From contig MCFH01000001.1 of NCBI GenBank assembly GCA_002104945.1, forward strand, positions 2,542,001 through 2,606,000: 64,000 nt of DNA. Reading direction: 5' to 3'. Both the position numbers and the translations under genes were made by a program. Every line of letters begins with the position of its first letter. Positions within the stretch are counted from its first letter, which is position 1. Under the pieces are notes generated by a model. That model was given only the letters and a program-made list of their open reading frames with translations. It was not told the DNA's origin and did no database searches. This stretch comes from Piromyces finnis finn (Eukaryota > Fungi > Neocallimastigomycota). Positions 30,366-41,794 of this stretch are shown piece by piece.

Positions 30366-33300
30366 ATGGAAAATAATATATTAGAAAATACACAACAAAA
30401 TCCCTTTGATGATGAAAAATCAAATATTTTTGGTCATATTTATCTTGCCAATGTTCGTAATAGACTTAGAGAATTAGAAAATCCAAATGACATTGATTGT
30501 AAAAGATGGATTTGGGAATTAGTTCAAAATGCAAAAGACAGTATTTCTGGAAGGTCTGATAGAACTAGTGTAGATATTGAAATTATTATTTCCGGAGATA
30601 CTTATACTTTTAGACACAATGGATCACCCTTTACCATAAGTAATCTTACCGCCTTACTTTATAAATATAGTAGTGGTAAAACCAATGATTGTGAAAGTAC
30701 CGGTCGTTTTGGTACAGGATTTCTTACCACTCATTGTTTATCAAAAAATGTTAAGATTAGTGGAGAAGTTATATTGCGTAATAAAGCAGAACCTCAAGGA
30801 TTTACTGTGACTATGTATAGAGAAGGTGAAGATGAACAACTTTTAGAAGGATTAAAAAATACAGAAAAAAGTTTCCGTACACCAATCGAGGTTAATGGAT
30901 GGACAACGTATGTCTATGAAGCTGTCACAAAACGAAATAAAGAAGCTGGTGATCTAGGCATTAAAAATTTCAAAGAAAATATTTCCAAGGTGATGTTATT
31001 TTGTTCTGAAATTAACAGTATTCAACTGAATGAAAACGGAAATGAGTATAGCATTACCCGAGATATAGTTATAGAAAATCTTTCAGGAGGATGTCAAATG
31101 CTTTATTTTCATATTCATGATAATCACAGAGAATATACCAAAAAGTTTTTATGTAATAAAGTGGATGAACCAAACGAATTATTATCCCAAAAATTTGGGA
31201 AAAAAAGAAATTTAAGGCTGTGTTGTGCCATCCAATTGGATGAAAAGAATGATATTCTTATTGAACCGGAATGCCCATGTCTTTTTTGTTCCCTTCCATT
31301 AGTTGGATCTGAAAAGCATGTCTTACCTTTTATTATTAATAGCCCGGATTTTGAACCTGATTCGGAACGACAAGCTATTCTACTGGAAGGTAATAAAATG
31401 AATGAAAAAACCCAAAAACTTTCGGATCCTGGTGTAAATATGATTATTCTTCATCGAGCTCAAGAAATGTATGTCAATCTACTCAAATCGGTTTGTTGTA
31501 ATGGCGTTGGGAAAAGATATCATTTAACTCGCGGTCTCTGTTCCACTCCATGTGTTACAAATTTCTTTGATAAAAATTGGTATAAAGAGAATTTTATGCA
31601 ACCCATGAGAACTATTTTACATCAACATCCAATAGTATGGAATGGGAATTTCTATAGTAGATTAACCGAGGTTTACCTTCCAAAATTAAGTGCTTATTAT
31701 AATAAGGAGGTGACCAAAGATGATACCAAACAAGCCTATCATTTTATTTCGAAATTATATATAGGTGAGGTACCAGAGTATGAAGAATCGATTCTTATTG
31801 AAAACAATATTTGGAAAAAGGATTCGAGATTAAAATTTATTAGTATTGAAGAATGTGTTTGTAAAATTGAGGAATGGGGGACGATGGATAAATTAAATAC
31901 TATAATGAAAGATGATGATGCCTGGGCATGGTTAGATGATTTTCTTGTCTTTATAAAAAAGCATCATCCAGAATATCTCGAGAACCATGCCATCATTCCA
32001 AATATGAATTCGACATTTGTTAAATTAACCAAGAACCTTGCATCCTCCAAAAATGTATCGGAAGATATGATTCATTGTATTGAAAAACTAGGTCTTTCAT
32101 GGAAGGATAACCATATTCATAAAAGTATCTTAAACTATACCTCCGGTACGGATCATGACACAAATTATGCGGTTTCGAAAATACGTGACCATCTGACAAA
32201 CTGGTCAAAACATTTCTTGACCCTAATGCATTATATTCCCGATGATCAAGATCAAGAGTTTATCCAAAAACGTAAAGCTATCTATGAATTTTGTTGTACA
32301 GTTTGGAGTGATACAATGGAAGAAATGAAAATAATTCAAACTTTTCCAAAGGAATTATGGAATGGAATAGATGATATCATTTTCAAACATTTGATCAAAG
32401 AAATATCAAACTACGGGAAACTGGATGATCATCTGTATACTATTGATTTTATGATTCAATTCTTAAAATGTGTCTCAAAATATTATCCGGACTATCGTCA
32501 TTACCGATTATTCCCTAATCAAAATGGTCTATTTTGTACTATGGACAAGATCTATGAGGATAATCATATTCCAGATATTTTTAAGGAATGTTTAAAAGTT
32601 TGTTTTGACGATGACATTAAAAAGGAATTACTTGATCCAAGAATGTCACCCATAAACTATTTACTTCCAAAGGATAAAAAAAGCATCTATAGTTATAATA
32701 ATAAATTAAAATATTATTTTGAATTACCAGAGTCGTGCAACCCTAACGCTCATTTAAATAAGGATGGAAAAGGTCTAGAGAATATAGAGTATATTAAAGT
32801 AGAAAAAAAGGAATTGGCTGCCACCTATTTAATTAGAATCCTTCCTGAACAAAATTCCAGTAGTAGTGCAGAACAAGAATCGAGTTTGCATTTTGACTAT
32901 ACTTCCAGTGCCTCATCAAAGCAAAGGAAACTTTATCATTTATATCAACTTTTTACAAAAACCAATGATATCACACAAACCATTAAAGAAAATGATCAAA
33001 ATGAAGGAATTTGGAAGTATTCTAATACCTATATTTATCGATTTATTAGAAATGAAATTGAAAAATGGGAAGACCTTGATTCGTTATCCAAAGCTTTAGG
33101 AAAATCGGATCAAGAAATCTTGACCTATCTCAAGCAATTTATTCATCATTATTCCAGGGAAGGAAGAGTGGTCCTTAATCAAAATAATCATTTTTGTAGA
33201 ATTGACGAATTACAAAATGAAGAATGTTTCGATGATCGCCCTATTCCAGAAGTATTAAAAGATATAAGTAAACTTTTAGGGGATGATGTCAAGAATTGTC

Positions 33301-34253
33301 TTGTTCATCCATTGATGGGAAAGCCATGTATAAAAACCATGTTTTACCCACAATTTTGTCTTAAAATTGATAAAATGGTAAAAGAATGGTACGAAAAACC
33401 ACAAAATCATTCGAATTCCGAATTTAAAGAGGCCGCAGGAAATTTAATTGAAATATACTTTAACGATATTGGGAATAAAAAAGCCAATGAATACTTCCCC
33501 CTCACCTACAACTTGAAAGATCCGATTATTTTAAATGTCATTTATGATAAAGAAACCCGACAAAACATAACAAAACTTGGACAATACGGAAAGGATGCCA
33601 TTAAGAAACTTGTCCAAAATCCAAATATTATAAAAAAAATAATAAGTGGTGAATTAGACGACAACCTATTTTCTTCTATTACCCACTACGATGACCATAA
33701 CGACAATGTGTGTGTGTTACGAATAACAGGGTATAGTAAAATTACTAAATTTAACATTCCGTGTAATGCATTTTTTTCCTTTAAAGATATTATAGAATTT
33801 CTCCATGAATATGTTAATTATTTAAATGATTTTAAAGATTCCGTGAAAAAAGAAATTATTATTTATGGTGAAATTTACATTTATGAGTATCTTTGTAATT
33901 CTGGTTTATACAAAAATGTTAGATGGAATCGGTTAAGTCACGAAGAAAGCCAAGGTGAAATAATTGAATATAACGGAAAAAAATATTGTATTACACCGGA
34001 AGATTCACTATCCCATTGTGGTATTATTGTTGAAACCAATGATCATCAGACAATATATGTTGATGTGAAATCAACAAATAGTCAGTTTAACAGTAAAATT
34101 CCATTATTTTTTGATGAAAAGAAAATTTATAAAATGAAAGATCAATATTCATTCAATCAATATGTATCAGCTATTGTTTATAATGTCAAAAGCAAACCAT
34201 TACATTTCTTTATATCATTAAGAGATAATCTTTATCAAAAGATAATCCAATAA
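30366..34253 (+). CDS. Sacsin/NOV-like GHKL (HATPase_c) ATPase with C-terminal NOV-C/DUF3883-like PD-(D/E)xK-fold domain
   Basis: 1295 aa, intronless. RWIWELVQNAKDS (N box), FRHNGSPF (G1), TGRFGTGF (G2); transducer-like LFCSLPL...LPFIINSPDFEPDSER; tail GEIYIYEYL (33867)...VRWN...IYVDVKST (D at 34062). Confidence 0.85.
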   Translation: MENNILENTQQNPFDDEKSNIFGHIYLANVRNRLRELENPNDIDCKRWIWELVQNAKDSISGRSDRTSVDIEIIISGDTYTFRHNGSPFTISNLTALLYKYSSGKTNDCESTGRFGTGFLTTHCLSKNVKISGEVILRNKAEPQGFTVTMYREGEDEQLLEGLKNTEKSFRTPIEVNGWTTYVYEAVTKRNKEAGDLGIKNFKENISKVMLFCSEINSIQLNENGNEYSITRDIVIENLSGGCQMLYFHIHDNHREYTKKFLCNKVDEPNELLSQKFGKKRNLRLCCAIQLDEKNDILIEPECPCLFCSLPLVGSEKHVLPFIINSPDFEPDSERQAILLEGNKMNEKTQKLSDPGVNMIILHRAQEMYVNLLKSVCCNGVGKRYHLTRGLCSTPCVTNFFDKNWYKENFMQPMRTILHQHPIVWNGNFYSRLTEVYLPKLSAYYNKEVTKDDTKQAYHFISKLYIGEVPEYEESILIENNIWKKDSRLKFISIEECVCKIEEWGTMDKLNTIMKDDDAWAWLDDFLVFIKKHHPEYLENHAIIPNMNSTFVKLTKNLASSKNVSEDMIHCIEKLGLSWKDNHIHKSILNYTSGTDHDTNYAVSKIRDHLTNWSKHFLTLMHYIPDDQDQEFIQKRKAIYEFCCTVWSDTMEEMKIIQTFPKELWNGIDDIIFKHLIKEISNYGKLDDHLYTIDFMIQFLKCVSKYYPDYRHYRLFPNQNGLFCTMDKIYEDNHIPDIFKECLKVCFDDDIKKELLDPRMSPINYLLPKDKKSIYSYNNKLKYYFELPESCNPNAHLNKDGKGLENIEYIKVEKKELAATYLIRILPEQNSSSSAEQESSLHFDYTSSASSKQRKLYHLYQLFTKTNDITQTIKENDQNEGIWKYSNTYIYRFIRNEIEKWEDLDSLSKALGKSDQEILTYLKQFIHHYSREGRVVLNQNNHFCRIDELQNEECFDDRPIPEVLKDISKLLGDDVKNCLVHPLMGKPCIKTMFYPQFCLKIDKMVKEWYEKPQNHSNSEFKEAAGNLIEIYFNDIGNKKANEYFPLTYNLKDPIILNVIYDKETRQNITKLGQYGKDAIKKLVQNPNIIKKIISGELDDNLFSSITHYDDHNDNVCVLRITGYSKITKFNIPCNAFFSFKDIIEFLHEYVNYLNDFKDSVKKEIIIYGEIYIYEYLCNSGLYKNVRWNRLSHEESQGEIIEYNGKKYCITPEDSLSHCGIIVETNDHQTIYVDVKSTNSQFNSKIPLFFDEKKIYKMKDQYSFNQYVSAIVYNVKSKPLHFFISLRDNLYQKIIQ

Positions 34254-35166
34254 TCCAGTGATTATAGTATAGTAAATAATAAGAAAATGTAGGCATTATA
34301 TTATAGTGTGATTATTAAAACAAAAAGCATTTAATATAAAATAGATTAGTTTTTTTCTCGTTCAGTAAAATATTTTACATTATATAAATATAGTAATAAT
34401 ACTAATATATTATGGATATATCTATATTTTTTCTTTGAATAAAATATTAATATTAAATTAAATCAATATAAAAATTTTTATTCTTTTATATATCTATTTT
34501 ACAAAGTGAAAAGAAATATTTAAATGTAATTTAATTTTTATTTATATATTCAAATAATTAAAAAAAAATAATAACATAACATACCATCTATAAAATATAA
34601 AATGAAATATTCTAAAGCTGTCACGCTTTACATTTGATGTAACATTATAACTTTTAATCATCAAAAACTATTTTAAATAATAAAATATAAATGAAAAAAA
34701 TTTATATATCTTAACGTCCAGTATATTTTATGAAAAGTCTATATAATTTATATATAATTTGTTATAATGTAGTAGGTAAAATATAGTTTTAACATTTATA
34801 TTTTTTCTTTTATTTTATAGAAACAAACCAAAAAAAATATTATTCCATTTTTATTTTTATATTTAAAAATATTAATGGATTTACAACCATATTATTGGTT
34901 AATATTTAATTAAAAGATCAAGTTCATGATCTAAAATGTTGTCAAATAAATTAATAAATTTTAAATTAAAAATTCTAATTAAAATAAACTTTAATGATTA
35001 ATAAAAGTTTGTTTTTTTTTTTAAACTATTGGTGTTGTTGCTAAAAAACTTTTTCATAACATTTTATTTTCATCAATAGTATAATCTTTATTATTACAAC
35101 TATTAGTATAAATATTATAAAAATATTTTTTGATATATATATTAAAAAAATTTACTTTTCATTACA

Positions 35167-35767
35167 TTAAAATATTAAAAAGTAGTATGAATTATTTTCT
35201 TTTTCTTTTTTGTCATTTTGTTTTACATAGTAAATAACAATTAGGACAATGGCTATAGATAGATAACAACAATAAAAAACAATAATATATTTCATAAAAG
35301 TATTACTGCTTTCTTCTGGTTCATTTTGATGAACACATATTTTATTTTTTAAACAATCAGCTAGATCACCACATTCATCATCCTTTGTACATTTTTCTTC
35401 AAAAGTTAATATGAATTTAACTTTAAAATTCGGACCTTCTTTAGTCGTTCTGCAAATATAGGAAGGATTATTATTATTTATCATACATATACCCTCAACA
35501 CGAATTTTTTTCACAAACTTTTGTATTATATTTTTATTACAAGATAAAAAAATTTTATTTTCATTGTTATCTTTAATATTTGAAAAGTATTCACCACCTA
35601 TACTAACAATACTAACAAGGTTCATTTTTATGACAAATATATTGAAATTTACAAGCAGAAAATTCTTCATCATTTTTATTGACAAGTGGTACTACGTAAT
35701 GACGTGAGCTTTCTTCCGGACACCTATATGTATCATTTCCACTTTGTTAAAGTGTTTGATAACTCAT
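35167..35767 (-). pseudogene. Disrupted gene for a small Cys-rich single-pass membrane protein
   Basis: The track ORF (35167-35685) begins at TTG in the wrong frame. A different frame gives MSYQTL*QSGNDTYRCPEESSRHYVVPLVNKNDEEFSACKFQYICHKNEPC*, with an in-frame TAA at 35749-35747 and a shift near 35615 into VSIVSIGGEYF...CTKDDECGDLADCLKNKIC...TM helix. Confidence 0.6.
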
Positions 35768-35832
35768 TTTTTAAGTGAATGTATATTGATATAATAATAA
35801 TAATAATAATAATTTTTAGATAATATTTTTGC

Positions 35833-36130
35833 TTATTTTATTTTATTTTATTTTATTTTATTTATTTTATTTTATTTTATTTTATTTTATTTTATTTTAT
35901 TTTATTTTATTTTATTTTATTTTATTTTATTTTATTTTATTTTATTTTATTTTATTTTATTTTATTTTATTTTATTTTATTTTATTTTATTTTATTTTAT
36001 TTTATTTTATTTTATTTTATTTTATTTTATTTTATTTTATTTTTTTTTTTTATTTTATTTTATTTTATTTTTTTTTTTTATTTTATTTTATTTTATTTTA
36101 TTTTATTTTTGTTTTTGTTTTTGTTTTTGT
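35833..36130. repeat. (TTTTA)n pentanucleotide microsatellite decaying into (TTTTTG)n
   Basis: Direct reading; source of the spurious FYFIL ORF. Confidence 0.95.
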
Positions 36131-37189
36131 TTTTTATAAAAAATAATTTTATACTTTTTCAAACTAAAACTCATTCTATTTAAATAATAATCTTTTTTCT
36201 TATTTCTCTTTCCTTTTTAAACTAATAAATTCAAGCATTCTTTCTCTTGTGAACGAATGCCAAAATTAAAAAAAAAAAAAAAAAAAGGTTAATGACTCAT
36301 TAATAAGTAAATAAATAAATAATGAATAAATAAATTTATAATAAAAAATGGATGAATGAATAACTAATTTATTAAATAAAAACTAAACTTTATCTTTTAT
36401 ATTAAATTTTAATTTTTGTTATTTTAATTAGGAATATGAAAGTTGTTTTTATTCTTTACACCATTTTACCATTCCAAAAATATAAAACCATCGACCATTT
36501 TATTTTTATTTTTTAATAATTTATTTATTTTATTATTATTTTTAAAAAGTATTAAAAGTAATCAAAAAGAATCTTTTTATTATTATTATTATTACTATTA
36601 TTATTATTATTACAAATAAAATTATAACGATTAAATTTTTAAAATGATTTGCCAAAAGATTAAAAAGAAAAAAAAAAAAAAAAGGAAAATATAGAATTAG
36701 TTAATATATGACATTTTATTTAATTATTGGTATAATTCATATAATATTAAAAAAAAAAAAAAGAAAAAAAAAAAAAAAAACATGGCCAATATTGTCATCT
36801 TTTAATTTCAATCCAATCCCACAAAGATTAAAGTTATCAATGTAAATCTCACCAAAAAACATCAAAATTTATCATTTAAATTATTGAATTTGAAATTGTA
36901 AATATTTGTTTTATTTTGGTAATTCAAAGGAATGTGTTCTATTTAAAATTTCTTTTTTTTTTTTTTCTGTTATTGATTTCTATGATTTAAATATACTTTT
37001 TTTTTAAATTAAAAAAAAAATAGTATAAATATAATATTCTATTTTTTAAAATATATATATATCATCATTAAATAATATTTATGTTATTATTATTTAATAT
37101 AATATATATTATAGCATATAAATTAACATGATTTTTTTTTATGTATATTGTCAATTTAACGTTTTTTTTTTTAAAAAAAAAATAAAAAC

Positions 37190-37309
37190 TTAATAATAAT
37201 AGTAATTATTTGGTTGTTTTGGATCTGGTAATCTATTAAAACTTGGGTAGTTTGAATATTTATTGTAAAGAGATATACGAGGTTGTGGTAGAGAAGCCCA
37301 ACTATTGTC

Positions 37310-37374
<65 letters not shown>

Positions 37375-38924
37375 ATACTTTATTTTGATGATGATTTTCT
37401 TCTTCATCAATTTCAGGAGAGTTAAATATGATTTTTTTTACATTGACATCTTGACTATTAAGAATACCTGTATTATAATTATCTCCAGAAGTTTTATCTC
37501 CCCTAAAATAATGATCCATATCTAATAGGTTATTACCATTATTTTTTGAACTTATTAATAATATTTGGTCAATGAAAATAAATATGTATTGAACACTGGT
37601 TACCACTGCTCTAAATTCCTCAACCGAGCAATCAATTTCCTCTTTTCCATTATTGTGGAAATAAATATTTATAGTAGATACCACAAATAAGAAAGGAAAA
37701 GATAGAAGAGCAATCATTGCAGAAATAATAATTCTAAATTCAGAGATTAACCTAAATTTTTTCATTAAGCCGTACTCTTCTGTTTTCCTGGTTTTATTAA
37801 ATAATTCTTTTTTCAAAGTTTTATAAATTACCCATTCATAAATAAAAGTGGTAAAAGCAATAATAGCTTGTAAAACCCAATAAAAATTATAATATTTTGT
37901 CACGAATTCATTATTAAAACGTTTATCCATATACAATTTTGATGGTGATACATACAATTGTGATATGGGAACAGCAAGTTTTGAAATATTATAAATTATA
38001 CATGTGATGTATAATAGTTTTAAATTATTTTTATTTTTTGTTACTGCTTTTGTACGAAGTAACGGATACCAATCCCCGATGATTTCTCCTATATACCAAA
38101 AAAAGCTATTAATTTGACGGGTAAGAAACCATTTTAAAGGATGGTGTTCTGCAGAAATACATACGCTAACACAAGAACCATCACGACTTATTGCATGATA
38201 ATAAGGTAATAATTTTCCTAATTGTTCTATTATATCACCGATAGCCCTAAAAAAAATTTTTTTTAAACATTTTAATAAATAAAAAAAAAAAGACATAAAA
38301 TTAATTATTTGTACTGATAATAATTAAAATGGTTTTACAAAATAAAAACCAAAAAAATAATTATTTGTATTGATAATAATTAAAACGTTTAAATAAACTC
38401 GGAAAACCCAATTATTATTATTAATAATAGTAATTAAAAGTTTAAATAAACCTTGAAAAAACAAATACTCATAAGAATTAAAATAGTTTAAACCAAAAAA
38501 AAAAAGGATAGTTTATTCTATTTAATTAATAAAAGGAATAATCAATTCATTTCATTCATTTTTAATAATTCTGTTAAAATATATGTATATATATTTTCTA
38601 TAATTACCTTAGGGTATAATGGTATAAAACAAGTTTTATTATTGGTCTTCTAGCATTAAATTTATACATTATTAGTAATAATAAAGTCCAATAAAAATAA
38701 GGAGATTGAAATGGTTTTAAAAATGCATAAAAGATATTTCTAGCAAAGTCTATTTTATCATTTATACGTTGAATAGAACTATCTGTTTCGTTAATGAATT
38801 GAATATAACAATCAAAACTTGTTCCTTTACTCGATAACCATTGACCTAAAGTTCCACTATCATTTTCCATAAAATATTTATATTCTTTATCATATAAACT
38901 TTTTATTTCTTGATCTGTTAACAT
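37190..38924 (-). CDS. Two-exon multi-pass membrane protein (GPCR-like) with Asn-rich cytoplasmic tail, 457 aa
   Basis: Exon 1 38924-38608 ends CTA AG|GTAATT; intron 38607-38247 ends TTTTTTAG; exon 2 38246-37190 restores AG+G=Arg-AIGD. Total 1374 nt, divisible by 3. Several hydrophobic helices (FYWTLLLLIM, LLYITCIIYNI, FYWVLQAIIAF, IIISAMIALLSFPFLFVV, QYIFIFIDQILL). Confidence 0.8.
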
Positions 38925-39886
38925 TTTATCATGACGCTTTATATATATAAATGTATTTAAAAAAAGTATACTTTTAGTTATTATTACTTTTCTTTTTTTT
39001 TTTTAAAATATAAAAAGTGTAAAATAAAAAAGAAATTTCTTGTTTTTATTTATATTCTTTTTTTTTTTTTTAATTTATTTTAATTAAATTTAATTTATAT
39101 TTGATAAATTAATTACTTTTTTTTTTTTTAATCATGATTTATTTATTCTTTTTGTTAAAAAAAAAAAAAAAAGTAATTAATAGAATAATAGTAAATATTG
39201 TTGTTGTTGTTGTTTTATTCAAATAATTACTTTTTACAATCTTTAATCATTGTATTATTGATATATTTATATATTTATTATTCTAAAGAATAAAAAAAAA
39301 ACTAATTATTTTTCATATGAAGGTAACATTTAAAAAAAAAAATTTTTTTAATATTTCACAATATCAAATAAAATGAAAATCTTTTTTTTATATATATATA
39401 TATATAAATATAAATATAAATATAAATATATAAATATTAATAATTATTAAATATTAAAAAATAAATATTAAATAAATATATTTATTAAATATTTATAAAT
39501 TATAAATTAGTATTAACTATTATTATTTATTATTATAATAATTATTAATTATTAACTATTATTATTTATTATTATAATAATTATAGGTGATGATGATGAT
39601 ATATTTTAAAGGTGATAAAATAGAAATGGGTAGAGTAAAATTGATATATAATTATTATAAAAATTAATAGAATAGTTTTACATACTTTTTTTTGTGTACT
39701 AAATATCGAATACTTTTTTCTTTATCATTTTAATATCTCCTTTTTTAATAGCCTTCAATAAATAATATAATATTAACAATAAAAAAATAATAATAATATT
39801 TAATAATAGGAATAATAATATTAATTAATAATATTATTATTATATTATTATTAATAGCTATTATTATATATTATTATTGTTGTAGT

Positions 39887-40309
39887 TGTTAGAATATGTG
39901 AAACGTTATGACACATGTATTGAAATACATTGAAATATATTGAAACGTATTTGTATGTATTGTATTTGATTAGATATTTAAGTCACAATATAAATGTATC
40001 AATTCAACATTAAGTAGTTCTTTATGGACACATAATTTTATTTATCTATATCATATATTTATGGACACATGTAACTATCTTATAAAAACATAAACATGTA
40101 TTAAAGTGTTATAGAGATAGTTATTTTTTATTTATTTTATTTTCTATGGTCACTTGACTATCATTCTGATACGGGTTAATTTTATGTAGAAAGAATTAAA
40201 CTTTAATTAATATATATTTTATTAATAATTTTATTTATAACGTTCCAATATTTCTATTCTGTCTAAATACTAAAACGTTCTGTCGTTGTCAAATATTAAA
40301 ATTCTAACT
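39887..40309. mobile_element. Candidate solo-LTR relic
   Basis: Begins TGTTAGAAT and ends ATTCTAACT (8/9 inverted match). Internal short repeats (tgaaatacat/tgaaatatat/tgaaacgtat; tttatggacaca x2) and a less AT-rich composition than the flanks. No TSD seen. Confidence 0.35.
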
Positions 40310-41756
40310 AAAACAAGAAGCCCTTTTTAATAATATTTATTCTAGTCTATTTATACTAATGAGGCTTACTTAATAATTAATTGTCCAATTATAAGGCTGG
40401 AACTATATGGATCATTCATTTACAATACTCTTTTACATTACATGATATTACATTTGTCATACATTTACATTATATTCTTATAAATTGTAGAAATAATTAA
40501 TATTATAATAAAACTATATAAATTTAATATTAGGAAAAATTACTAATATAATAATATGTTCAAGTCACATATTATTTTTATATCAATTCTGATATATGTT
40601 TCTTTTATGGTGTAGTCATTTAATATTAGTTTATTTATAATTTATTATATTAGGTGAAAATATTTTACTCTTATTATTAACTTCTCTCTTATTAATACTT
40701 TCACTTATACTATTTTCTTATTAATTATTAAAACTCTTCTCTCTAATTATTAATTATTTTTATATGAATATTTTTATATTATAAAATTCCTATAAAATAA
40801 TTGAATATCAATTATATAATATAGTGCATTATAATATAGGAATAATAATTAAATAGGATATAATATAATATATTTTACATTTTAAATGAAGGCACGTTCC
40901 CAAGAGGAATCAGTTTCGTTGTAAAAAATAACTATAATTATTATTATATTTTTGATCCATATCTTTATCTTCCATTTTTTTATTTTATTTTTTTTTTTAA
41001 AATTGAAAAAAAAAGTTCTATTTTTATTTATATTATATTAGGATAAAAAGAAAAGACACAATGACAATAATATAAAAGTATTAAAATATGAATTAATAAT
41101 TTAACTATTCAATAAATGCGATAAAAAATTAATATTATATTTATATACAAACTTCCGAGACTATTTCAATATAAAGTATACTTTCAATTATTTACTATTT
41201 CGTGATTTTCATATTAGGTAGTTAATTTAATGAAAAAAAAATTGATATAAAAAATAGTTTTTTTATTATTTAAAACATTCATATTTAAAAATTTATGTAA
41301 TAAGTGATATATATTATAAAACATTATTTATATAGTAATTATAGAATATATGTACATTAGTTTATATATATTCATTACAAATTGTATTATATTACATTTT
41401 TATTTTTATAGGTTATATATAAAAGTAAAAATTTCGTTTATATATATTATAAATAAATTATGAATATACTACAAATTTTATTTTAGGAATTTTAATAATT
41501 AAAAAAGTGCAAATTATTAATAAGAAAAGTAAAGAATTAATAATACCGCTCACCTAATATAATAAATTATAAATAAGCAACATAAAAGAATTATATATCA
41601 AAATCAAAAATCTGATCCTATAATTAGTCAAGTAAAATATAAACCAATTTGTGAAATATTATTATATTTTAATATCACATATTATTTTATATATAAATTT
41701 TATTCCACCCCACATCCGTTATTTAATTTAGTTTTCAATACTTTTTCATCATATCA

Positions 41757-41794
<38 letters not shown>

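Noticed and set aside
35829-36146. FYFIL-repeat ORF (also 55988-56427)
   Set aside because: Translations of pentanucleotide microsatellites.
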